This document shows positions 19,852 through 28,530 of a stretch of 54,040 nt of DNA, one piece after another; within the stretch, counting starts at the first letter, position 1; each line of letters opens with the position of its first letter. The notes under the pieces were generated by a model. The model saw only the letters and a list, made by a program, of their open reading frames with translations, had not been told where the DNA came from and made no database searches. Position numbers and translations under genes: made by a program. The DNA comes from a virus (lineage: Duplodnaviria > Caudoviricetes): IMG/VR virus record IMGVR_UViG_3300032263_000001, positions 1 to 54,040 of that record; one strand, given 5' to 3'.

Positions 19852-20684
19852 TGTCTCTCCCTCAAATCAAAAGAGCTTTCATAGAGTTTCATATCGCTCA
19901 AATCAAGGAAACCACTGAAAGCTTCAGGTTCATAGAGAGACACTTTGAAAGGATGTTCCCCTTTCACTAGGTATTGATGAAAGTTTGCACCGAAAGCCAG
20001 TTTCGAGCAATCCATTGGAGCCCGCCCCAAGAGATACTCCCAGTCAATCCTTTTCTCTTTTGCCCTTCCTTGACTCCCATAGGGGAGTAGAACAAAATGG
20101 TCAACAACGTCCTTAAAGATTTTGTAGCACTCCAAGAAATACTCAATAGAATCTTTATCCGAGATAATAAGATGCAGGTTCAACTTCATTCCTCTTGAAG
20201 CAAAAGATTGAACAGCCATCCTCCATTCAGCGTTCAAATGAGGATGACAGGAAACGGCTACCCCTCCACAATACTCTATCGTAGCATTGATGATATCTTT
20301 GCAGACAAGTCTTCCATTTGTAGTGTAGTTTGGTTGAATCCCAAGTGACTGGAAGGTAGCCAAGAGGTCAAGAAATTCTGGGTGGGTTGTTGGCTCCCCT
20401 CCTCCAATTGCTACTTGAAAAGGTCTTTGGTTCGGCTCCATGGCTCCAAAATATTGTTCTATTTTTTCACAAATGTTGTCAAAGTGAGGTTTCTTATCTG
20501 TCGAATCCATGTAGCAATAGGGGCACTCTCCCGTGCAGTAATCCGTAATCTTCACATCGTAAAATTCAGGGAATTTTACTTTTTCTATAGGTTTCGAACT
20601 ATCTAGAGCGATTCTTACTGTTCTCCCTGTTTGAGGGAAGAAAAACGCTTTATAGTTACTTTCTTGTTCAATTCTTACTTTCAT
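19845..20684 (-). CDS. Radical SAM enzyme (no complete SPASM domain)
   Basis: CTGECPYC (CX3CX2C), 'IGGGEP', 'YTTNG', 'VAVS'. Confidence 0.92.
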   Translation of the reverse strand: MKVRIEQESNYKAFFFPQTGRTVRIALDSSKPIEKVKFPEFYDVKITDYCTGECPYCYMDSTDKKPHFDNICEKIEQYFGAMEPNQRPFQVAIGGGEPTTHPEFLDLLATFQSLGIQPNYTTNGRLVCKDIINATIEYCGGVAVSCHPHLNAEWRMAVQSFASRGMKLNLHLIISDKDSIEYFLECYKIFKDVVDHFVLLPYGSQGRAKEKRIDWEYLLGRAPMDCSKLAFGANFHQYLVKGEHPFKVSLYEPEAFSGFLDLSDMKLYESSFDLRERQC

Positions 20685-20848
20685 TCGTACATCTCCTCAG
20701 TCCTAATAGACTTCAAAAGGTCTTCGACTTTTCTACTATCTCCCAGCCCTTTGAGTATTTCTTGAATCAGTTCTTTTGTGTAGATGACACTAGAACTATT
20801 CGTTATAACGTCAACTAAACTGTGTATTTTTAAAGAAAACTTATCCAT
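20681..20848 (-). CDS. ITNSS-motif protein 3 (short, internally deleted)
   Basis: MDKFSLKIHSLVDVITNSSSVIYTKELIQEILK; ATGA overlap with the radical SAM start. Confidence 0.7.
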   Translation of the reverse strand: MDKFSLKIHSLVDVITNSSSVIYTKELIQEILKGLGDSRKVEDLLKSIRTEEMYE

Positions 20849-21170
20849 TGTATTCCGCCTCATGTGTGGGAGAGTTTAAAAACGCTACCAGCCTCCTAGC
20901 AATCGGTTGAAACCTTTCTTCTTTAGCTTCAATAATGAGGCTTGTTTCATTTCCGCAACAACTCCACTCTGGAGAAGAGTCCTCCACCTCAAAGTCAATT
21001 TCGAATAGTTGGTCTACCTCTCTATCTTCTCCAAAAGCTTTAAGGATTTCTTGAATCAGTTCTTTAGCTGGTTCAACACTCGAAGCTTGATATGAGTAGA
21101 TAACCGTTGAGCTATTCGTTATTATCTCAACCACACTATGAATTTTTAGCTTAAATTTCACATTATCCAT
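20841..21170 (-). CDS. ITNSS-motif protein 2
   Basis: KIHSVVEIITNSSTVIYSYQ...EPAKELIQEILK...AKEERF...FLNS...YNG*. Confidence 0.8.
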   Translation of the reverse strand: MDNVKFKLKIHSVVEIITNSSTVIYSYQASSVEPAKELIQEILKAFGEDREVDQLFEIDFEVEDSSPEWSCCGNETSLIIEAKEERFQPIARRLVAFLNSPTHEAEYNG

Positions 21171-21510
21171 AGCTTGCATCACTCGAAACGGAGTTTAAAA
21201 ATTCATCCATTTTTTCAGCCAACGCTTCGAAACGCTCCTCTTTCGCTGTTATTGTTAAATTCTCATCTCTCTGGCACTCATCAACATCTTCGCAATCTTC
21301 ACAAGAACACTCGCAATCTTCCATATCCTCCCTCTCAATTTTAAATTCAAAAGCATCGTCAACGTCAACGTTTTCTCCCATAAGTTTCAAAACTTCTTTA
21401 ATCAGTTCTTTAGCTGGTTCTAGGCTTCCACCCTGATAAGTGTAGATAACCGTTGAGCTATTTGTTATCACTTCCACAATGCTATGAATAGCAATTTTAA
21501 AACTTTTCAT
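21163..21510 (-). CDS. ITNSS-motif protein 1
   Basis: IHSIVEVITNSSTVIYTYQ...EPAKELIKEVLK...Cys/acidic loop...AKEERF...FLNS...SYG*; AAGGAG RBS. Confidence 0.8.
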   Translation of the reverse strand: MKSFKIAIHSIVEVITNSSTVIYTYQGGSLEPAKELIKEVLKLMGENVDVDDAFEFKIEREDMEDCECSCEDCEDVDECQRDENLTITAKEERFEALAEKMDEFLNSVSSDASYG

Positions 21511-21573
21511 CAAAGTTCTCCTTATTTTTCTAGTAATAGTTTGAAAAACTATTTGTTATTTTCTTCCTTATTT

Positions 21574-21602
21574 AAAGTAACGCAGTCCTCACGTTGTGTC
21601 AA
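21574..21602 (-). promoter_or_regulatory. Sigma70-type promoter of the ITNSS/radical SAM operon
   Basis: TTGACA-17-TACTTT. Confidence 0.65.
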
Positions 21603-21605
21603 CCC

Positions 21606-23768
21606 TCAGAAAAAGTTTTCTGGGTTGCCTTCCATATACCCTTTGAACTTCTCCACTTCGGAAACTGCTCGAGGGTCTATGTAGCGTTTTTGAAGCTTGC
21701 AAGGTAGGGAGATTTTTCTCACGGGTTCGCTTCTCGTAAAAAAGGAAAGTTCTTCTTTTCCCTCTTCAAGGCCGTCACCCCAAACGTCGGCTTCCAGGCG
21801 AACGTCGGCAACACTTCCCATCACTCTCCGGAAACCTTCAATCATTGCTTCTCCCAAAGCAAGAGCTGAACTCCTCCATACCTCTTTCCTGCAAATGATA
21901 TAGAGAGCGTCATGGAGCGTGTAGATGACTCTCAAGGTTTTCTTTAGTACTGCTATTCTGTGAGCCTCCCTCATAATAACCCCTCCCCTCCCTTGAATAG
22001 GGGTGTTTTGAACGCTCTTAGCGTTGTCGTTGTCTCCAAACATAGTCCAACCGTCAGGGAGGAACAAAACTTTTTCCTCTTCATACTCTCTCAGTATGTC
22101 CCATTTATACTTCGTGTAGTCTGAATAAGTATCCTCAAAAAGCTCGATAAGGGTTTCAGCTTCACTCTCCGACACCTCTTCTTTAGCGGCAGCGGAAAGT
22201 TTGGCAGCTAGAGCGAAGGGTCCAGCCCCAAACTGCACCATCAAAGTTGTTGCTTTCAGTTTCTCCCGAATAAGCCCGTGGGTTTTTTTGGTAGCAGTTG
22301 GGGGTACGACTCCCGCTTTCTTCCCGAAAGAAAGATAAACATCTCCTTCCCGGTAAGAAGAGATCATCTCTTCATCTTCCGAGGCTAAGGCAGCTATCAA
22401 GTACTCTTCGGAACCATAATCGATCCCGATACAAACATAGCCTTCGGGAGGTTGAATCAAGTACCTCATCCAAGCCGCTTTGAGGGGAATGAAACCAGTT
22501 GCAGCGGGTTGACTCCTCGAGCTCTGGGAACCATAGTGATGGAAGTAAGGCCTTACTTTTCCATCAGACCCCACGTAGTCGAAAAAGTTCTTTTTCCCCT
22601 TTTTAGCCGGGAGGAACCCATTAAGAGATTTTTTCACTCTTAGAAATCTTAAAAGTTGCTCTAAATAATCCGAAGAAAAATCGTGCCTAGGGTCCCCACA
22701 AGCGGAGGAGATTATCTCTTCTTTAAGACTCGGTTTCTTGCTCTTCTTAGAAATCGGCCAATTCTTGAATCGGGGATCCTTCTTACCTTCTATCTCCTTC
22801 TCAATTAGCTCCTGGAAAGCTTTCTGTTTGAAATTCCCATCTAGCCTTTTCGGTTCCAAACGAACCCAAACGTTCCCGTTTTGGACCTTCTTTTTCTGCT
22901 TTTTCTCGGAAAAGTCGAACATTTGGAACCCTATTTGATGTTCCGTTTTTTGGTTGATATCTCTCTTAAGTTCCCTAAGAATGTTATCGACTGAAGCAGC
23001 GAAGTTTCGAGTTTGTTCGATGTTTACCGGGTACCCCTCATGAACCATCTTAGCTACCAGCATCGAATACTCTCCCCTTTTGATAGCCTGCTTGAGGTAC
23101 TTCTTTTTGGGGAAAGGTAGGTGGGATTTTTTCATAGCCTGAAATATTCCAATAAAAAGGCTTTCCAAGCGGGCAATATCCGATTCGCAGTATTCCACTA
23201 TTTCAGGCAAATCCTCTTCAGTAAACTTCTCCGATATGATGAGGTCTCTAACTCGATTCTTTCTTTCAGTGTCAATCAGCTTCCCTAGAATTTTATAGCA
23301 AGCTGCTGCAAGGGAAACTTGAGCTTTGTTAGACTCCCGCTTGACAGCATCTTCCTCGTCCTCGTTTTTTCTCTCCCACTTTGGAGGAGGTTTATAGGTA
23401 AACTTTTTCTCTCCATTTATGAGCTGCTTCCCATATTCGTAAGCGTCGTTTCGATTAAGGAGCATGGAATACTCAACCAAGGTATCTACCCATTGAAATT
23501 TAAGAGGATCGATTCCTAGAGAGAGAAGAGCCCTCCCCTCAGCTTCAGCGGCGTGGGCAATAAATATGGCTCCCATTTCTCTCAAATCTTCTAGTGTGTT
23601 TTTGAAGTCTCCTAAGGTCCCCCACTTCCCGAAAGAGTTCTTTTCGAAAACAAAAGATCTTATCGTTTCCTTATATCCGATGTTATATCTTAGAGAGAAG
23701 CAAACAACTCTCATTTTTGGCTCTGAAATCCGGGTGAATTCCGAGTCAATAGAAACGAAAAAACTCAT
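21606..23768 (-). CDS. polA: Family A DNA polymerase with 3'-5' exonuclease
   Basis: Exo motifs 'IDSEF' and 'YCESD'; motif A 'IDYGSEEY'; motif B 'REKLKATTLMVQFG'; motif C 'LHDAL'. Confidence 0.9.
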   Translation of the reverse strand: MSFFVSIDSEFTRISEPKMRVVCFSLRYNIGYKETIRSFVFEKNSFGKWGTLGDFKNTLEDLREMGAIFIAHAAEAEGRALLSLGIDPLKFQWVDTLVEYSMLLNRNDAYEYGKQLINGEKKFTYKPPPKWERKNEDEEDAVKRESNKAQVSLAAACYKILGKLIDTERKNRVRDLIISEKFTEEDLPEIVEYCESDIARLESLFIGIFQAMKKSHLPFPKKKYLKQAIKRGEYSMLVAKMVHEGYPVNIEQTRNFAASVDNILRELKRDINQKTEHQIGFQMFDFSEKKQKKKVQNGNVWVRLEPKRLDGNFKQKAFQELIEKEIEGKKDPRFKNWPISKKSKKPSLKEEIISSACGDPRHDFSSDYLEQLLRFLRVKKSLNGFLPAKKGKKNFFDYVGSDGKVRPYFHHYGSQSSRSQPAATGFIPLKAAWMRYLIQPPEGYVCIGIDYGSEEYLIAALASEDEEMISSYREGDVYLSFGKKAGVVPPTATKKTHGLIREKLKATTLMVQFGAGPFALAAKLSAAAKEEVSESEAETLIELFEDTYSDYTKYKWDILREYEEEKVLFLPDGWTMFGDNDNAKSVQNTPIQGRGGVIMREAHRIAVLKKTLRVIYTLHDALYIICRKEVWRSSALALGEAMIEGFRRVMGSVADVRLEADVWGDGLEEGKEELSFFTRSEPVRKISLPCKLQKRYIDPRAVSEVEKFKGYMEGNPENFF

Positions 23769-25546
23769 TAGAAAAAATCCTCCACTGAGAAGTCCTGCTC
23801 TTGGTTCTCTTCCGAAAGTTCAACCGGAGAAGTATCGGGAAGCACCCCCTCCTCTTGGGTTGCCATTCGTACCCCTTTTGCCTCATTTCCATCAAAAGAA
23901 CATCCCTCCAAGGAGCCTAAATAGGTTCCGATGTATTCAACGTGAGTTTGGTCTCTAATTCCTAACTCTTTTGCGAGGAATTTAGCGAACAACTTGTATA
24001 GGTCATATCTGCGAATACTCCCCTTTTCATCAAAAGTAAGCTTGGCATTTGTAAACCTCTCAGCTGCTTCAGCTGCGAGGTGTTTACACTTCTCTCTCTT
24101 CTCTTTTTTCATCTTGAAAGGAACGGGTACCGTAGTAAGACTAATCGGCTCCTCTCCCTCTTTTCTGTTATCCTCCATCCTCTTCTTTCGTTTTTTGTAG
24201 GCATAGTAAGCTTTTCCTAGGAGGTGATATCTCTCCTTAAAAAGTTGCTCTTCGAAATCGTTATCTGCAAAAAGTTCCTCATCTTTAGCGGGTTTTTTCG
24301 GGAGGCTTTCGATATTGAAGAGGAGAAGTCTGGAGTCAAAAGCTTTCGAGTTAACATCGATTCGGGGGTACCGGTTTGAAGCGACTAAAACCATAGCATT
24401 GGTTTTAGCTACGAAAGAATCTTGATTCTTTTTCTCCATGTCAAGATAGTCTCCCCCGGTAAGTTGAAAAAGGAGGCTATCAGAAAGAAGCGTCGATTTC
24501 TTAGTATCTCCAAGAGTTACAAGTCTTTTTCTTAGAAACTTCGAAGCTGTAAACTGATTGGCTCGAACTTCGCTTAGTGCGGCAGTTACTTCCTCTCCCA
24601 TAATTCTTTGAAGAACGTTAAGGATAGTGCTTTTCCCATCATTTCCCTCTCCTCGAATCCAAGCCATTTGCCTGCATTTCTCTCCAGAAAAGAGAAGCCA
24701 AATCCAAATCAAAAACTCTTGGGGATAGTCAAGCCGTTTCAAGATTTGGTTCCAAGCTTTTGGCTCAGATCTTCTCAGTGAAAGCATTTGAGGGTGGGAG
24801 AAACATCGCAAAGCTCTTCCGTACCCCTCTTTTTCTTGACGATTGCTCCAAACTACCTCTTGAAGAGGGAGCCTAGAGCTTTCGCTAGGGCTTTCAAAAA
24901 AATCCTCTACTTCCTGAGCTAGCCATCTTGAAAGAGCTTTTGGTTTAGCTCCCTCCGCTTCACAGTTTTCCCTATATTCGAAATAGAGCTCCTCTACTCT
25001 CTCTTGAAATTTGGGGACACTCATTAAAATACGTCGAAGGTTGGTCAGTTTTTTAGGATCGGATACTCTCCCAAAAGAGAGATATTTGTAGTCCTCTTCT
25101 GGAAGAGAAGCTAGACCTTTGCTTCTGGAGGGTAGTACCTTATCTATTGTCGTTAAATCCCTCAAAAAGATTTCAAACTCTTTACCCGCAGCATCAACCG
25201 AAACAAAAAGAAATTGCTCCATCAGATCTCTTACATTCCTGCGAGTTTCCGAATTCTTTTTCCTAGCTTCCATTCTATCTTGAGCCGACAACTCCGCTGC
25301 TTTCTCTCTCAAAAGGTTTAGGCAGTTGTCAAAATGAGCGTCGGTCATTCTCCTAACTTCTCGTAAAGACTTTAAAATTTTTTGGTCTTCAAAAGCTCTA
25401 TCTATCAAATCTCCAGATAAAAGTTTTTCTTTTACTTGCTTGCTCGTTTTCATACCTCTACCCCCTGAAAAAGTTATCTTTTCTTTTGTAACCAAAATCT
25501 CACTATCGTTTTGTATAAGAATTTCAACGGCTTCAATGCCTTCCAT
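23768..25546 (-). CDS. D5/P4-like SF3 helicase
   Basis: Motifs 'GEGNDGKST', 'LTGGD', 'ASNRYP', 'SRLLLF'; no primase motif recognised. Confidence 0.8.
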   Translation of the reverse strand: MEGIEAVEILIQNDSEILVTKEKITFSGGRGMKTSKQVKEKLLSGDLIDRAFEDQKILKSLREVRRMTDAHFDNCLNLLREKAAELSAQDRMEARKKNSETRRNVRDLMEQFLFVSVDAAGKEFEIFLRDLTTIDKVLPSRSKGLASLPEEDYKYLSFGRVSDPKKLTNLRRILMSVPKFQERVEELYFEYRENCEAEGAKPKALSRWLAQEVEDFFESPSESSRLPLQEVVWSNRQEKEGYGRALRCFSHPQMLSLRRSEPKAWNQILKRLDYPQEFLIWIWLLFSGEKCRQMAWIRGEGNDGKSTILNVLQRIMGEEVTAALSEVRANQFTASKFLRKRLVTLGDTKKSTLLSDSLLFQLTGGDYLDMEKKNQDSFVAKTNAMVLVASNRYPRIDVNSKAFDSRLLLFNIESLPKKPAKDEELFADNDFEEQLFKERYHLLGKAYYAYKKRKKRMEDNRKEGEEPISLTTVPVPFKMKKEKREKCKHLAAEAAERFTNAKLTFDEKGSIRRYDLYKLFAKFLAKELGIRDQTHVEYIGTYLGSLEGCSFDGNEAKGVRMATQEEGVLPDTSPVELSEENQEQDFSVEDFF

Positions 25547-25575
25547 AAATTCCTCCAGGTTTTAATTCTACCATG

Positions 25576-25604
25576 AAAGTACAGGAAGTTTTTGCGAGTG
25601 TCAA
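25576..25604 (-). promoter_or_regulatory. Sigma70-type promoter of the helicase-polymerase operon
   Basis: TTGACA-17-TACTTT. Confidence 0.65.
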
Positions 25605-26620
25605 CGGATTAGACACTAAAAAAAATATTTCTTAAATTAACACTGTGTTAAAGTTTGGAAACCTCTCACAAGTAACTCCAGAATAGGTTATTGTTTTTTA
25701 ACACTTAAAAATACTATACAGGTTTATTAAACAGCCATACCTTTAACTGTTTGAGGTATCAATTTCTTGGATAGAAGAAAAAAAGTTTTTATAGGTGTCA
25801 AGTTTTTGACTAAAAATCGAGGTAGTTTTTCATTGTCAAACTGACGTGTTAAAATTGGTAAAATACAAATACCTAGTAATATCATTGTAAACTGAAAAAA
25901 GCCATACTTGTGTACAAAAAAGTTGTACTCTTTTCAAAAGTGGGATTGAGCACTTGATAGCAGAGAGGAGGTTCTTTAAAGGTATTCCAGGGTTCCGCCT
26001 TTTTGAACAAAGAGGTTAAAAGTGTAACATTTTTGAGCAAAACTACTTAAAAAAGGCTCAAACTGGCTACTCATCCAGGAGGGTTTTTGCGGTTTGCCCT
26101 AAAATGTTACAAACAAGGTATAAGATTTTTTCATAACGTAGAATTCGTTGAAATCGTTAAGTCATTCTAGGGTCTCAAAATTGACTCTTAGGGTTGAAAA
26201 CTTTTTCTGACTAAAAATAGTGAGACGTTTCAAGGCTTTAGTACTAAAAACTCTCTTTTTGGAGGTTAAAGGGGAAAATGTGGATAACTTTTAAATGCCT
26301 CCAGTAATATTATTGAACTTTTTTTTAACATTAAAAAGTTTTAGGGTAAAACTACTGGTTACAAAGTTTTTATTCTAGTGTAACAAATTTAGGGTTTTAG
26401 CTCAAAAAAGTAACCGTTCGAAAAATTGCCGTGTTTTTTCTTATTTATATATAAGTAAAAAAAAGTAAGACAAAAAAGGGGGTGTCAACCCCCTTAATAA
26501 TAACTTAAAAACCTATATAGTTATGCTGAAAATCGGCCAAGTTACCGTTTTAACTAAAGAAAAAGGCAAAATTTGTGACTGTTTTTGGGGTCAAACCTTA
26601 CAACCCCTTGAAATCGTTCA
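25605..26620. other. About 1-kb AT-rich non-coding region, candidate replication origin
   Basis: No ORF in the track; DnaA-box match at 26279-26287; inverted and direct repeats; adjacent to the helicase gene. Confidence 0.5.
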
Positions 26621-26623
26621 AAC

Positions 26624-26652
26624 TTGACAGCGGGGCAAAAAATCGGCATAGT
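26624..26652 (+). promoter_or_regulatory. Sigma70-type promoter
   Basis: TTGACA-17-CATAGT. Confidence 0.55.
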
Positions 26653-26733
26653 CAGAGGAGAAATTTGATGAGTTGAGAGAGAGAGAGTGAAGAGGACCGA
26701 AGAGGTTCTTTTTTTTTGCTTTGGAGCTCACCT

Positions 26734-27276
26734 ATGATCTATATCGGAATCGATGCCGGCCGGAAAGGTGGAGCCGTCGCTATTTCCAGCGACCAAGAAA
26801 TTTTATCAAGCTACGTTTTCCAGTTTATCTCTCTAGAGAGCCTGGAGGTCCTCGACAGCCTTTCTTTTTGTGAATGGCTTAGCCAGTTTACCGGGGAAGT
26901 AACAATTGCGATAGAGAGCATTCTAAGCGTTCCGCAGGGTAATCGAGCTATGAGTATCTTCAATCAAGGGAGAAACTGGGAAGGGGTTATCCAAGCAGTA
27001 CTTCGCTTGTTCCCTAAAGAGAAGATTTCGCTGATTCCCTCTACCAGTTGGCAAAGACAGCCGGGAGTGAAGCTCAAAGGAAAGATGAAGTATCGGGAAG
27101 AGCTGATAAGACTTGGGAAGGGAGAACAGCTGACCTCTCTTGGGAGACGGGTTCCCCATGAAGGCTTAGTTGATGCCTTCTTCATAGCGAGATTTTTAGT
27201 GACTGGAGGGGAAGTCAAGAAAAAAGCCCCTTCGACTTCGAAGGAGCGGAAGTATAAAAAGCTTAGATATCTCTAG
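26734..27276 (+). CDS. RuvC-like Holliday junction resolvase
   Basis: Motifs 'YIGIDAGRKGG', 'IAIES', 'SWQR', 'EGLVDAFFIA'. Confidence 0.82.
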   Translation: MIYIGIDAGRKGGAVAISSDQEILSSYVFQFISLESLEVLDSLSFCEWLSQFTGEVTIAIESILSVPQGNRAMSIFNQGRNWEGVIQAVLRLFPKEKISLIPSTSWQRQPGVKLKGKMKYREELIRLGKGEQLTSLGRRVPHEGLVDAFFIARFLVTGGEVKKKAPSTSKERKYKKLRYL

Positions 27277-27605
27277 TCACCCATAAACTCCTTTTGGGCT
27301 TTAAGAAGTCTGGATCTTTCTTCGGAGCGACGAGTTTCGAAGCTTCGGTATTGCTCGTCAGGAGCTAAAACGAGATAGAGACTATATCGACGGCAAGCCG
27401 GGCAAGGCTCTCCAGGTTCGTCATTTCGATAGAAATCAGATACTGGTTGAAAGCAGTACTCTCCGCAAGACTCGCAAAAGCAAAGTCTTTCTAGCCTCTC
27501 AGTTTTGGAGTTCTTAGCTTTAAAATCGGCAGCTCCAATCATAGCGAAAACCGCTTCGGAACCGTCTTTTAAAATTACCTTGTAGATCTTCTTTTTCTCA
27601 CTCAT
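27273..27605 (-). CDS. Hypothetical Zn-ribbon protein
   Basis: CESC...CPAC. Confidence 0.6.
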   Translation of the reverse strand: MSEKKKIYKVILKDGSEAVFAMIGAADFKAKNSKTERLERLCFCESCGEYCFQPVSDFYRNDEPGEPCPACRRYSLYLVLAPDEQYRSFETRRSEERSRLLKAQKEFMGD

Positions 27606-27606
27606 C

Positions 27607-28134
27607 TTACACCTCCTTAGGTTTTGCCTCTTCGAGTAATATCTCGATGCACTTTTTTGATATCTCCGGGGTCAACTCAGTTGCACCGGGGAACCCGATT
27701 TCTTCTAAAGAAAGATCCCTCCATATCACTGAAAAAGGGGGGATGCCTTTGCATCCTTTTTCAGTGTGGCATTTAATGCCGTTCATATAGAGTTTTGCAA
27801 CTCTATCCATTCCATAAACTTCTATGAGGGCTGAAAATACCTCATAGTACACCTTTTTCCTTTCATCAGGAGTTAGGTCCTCCATAAAGATGTTGTAATT
27901 GATCCCGAGGCCTAAGAAAACGATTCCCGGCCTATGGGGATTTGAAGGAGAGCTTTCAGCTCCAGTCTGATAATCCATCGCGTCAGGCGTTAGTAAAATC
28001 TTCAAATGCATACCGATAGAACTATCTTCCCAATACTCACCTGTAAAAATTTCTCCTACCCCTCCTCGATAGAGCTCAATAAGTCTCGAATCCTCGAGGA
28101 TTGTTGTTTCGCATTTCAAAAGTTTTTGAGGCAT
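27607..28134 (-). CDS. Hypothetical protein
   Basis: 175 aa, AGGAGG RBS. Confidence 0.7.
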   Translation of the reverse strand: MPQKLLKCETTILEDSRLIELYRGGVGEIFTGEYWEDSSIGMHLKILLTPDAMDYQTGAESSPSNPHRPGIVFLGLGINYNIFMEDLTPDERKKVYYEVFSALIEVYGMDRVAKLYMNGIKCHTEKGCKGIPPFSVIWRDLSLEEIGFPGATELTPEISKKCIEILLEEAKPKEV

Positions 28135-28146
28135 AGTACCTCCTTT

Positions 28147-28530
28147 CTATATGATTTTATAGTGTTTTCTGGTTCTTACATTCTTATGATGAAGAACCGT
28201 TTGCATTTGTTCGAGGAGTTCATCAGTGAACTTCTCTTCGCCTTTCTCCCCAAACTCTTTAATGTAGCCCTCCAAATCGTTTATCAAATATAAGCAATCT
28301 TTCGGATTACCCCCATGTAACCATTTTTCATATTTCCTACCCTCTCTGGTCGAAGGTACTGTCTCCCCTGAAAAGAAAAAACTATTCGTTGCAAGGGTGT
28401 CTTTCACCCAAGCAACAAGCATCTTTTGTCTGAAATTCATAGAACTCCTTTCTAAAATATTAAGTTTTTTGAATTTAATTACTGCCAACCTTCTGGTTTT
28501 TCTATAGTAATCTTTCCCTCCTCTCCCCAT
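28147..28530 (-). CDS. Hypothetical protein
   Basis: 127-aa ORF in a tandem run; start uncertain. Confidence 0.55.
   Translation of the reverse strand: MGRGGKDYYRKTRRLAVIKFKKLNILERSSMNFRQKMLVAWVKDTLATNSFFFSGETVPSTREGRKYEKWLHGGNPKDCLYLINDLEGYIKEFGEKGEEKFTDELLEQMQTVLHHKNVRTRKHYKII

Noticed and set aside
19845-20684. Second radical SAM enzyme as a QueE or anaerobic RNR activase
   Set aside because: Lacks the SIQGEG/CDT QueE motifs, a true queE is present elsewhere, and no NrdD is encoded.
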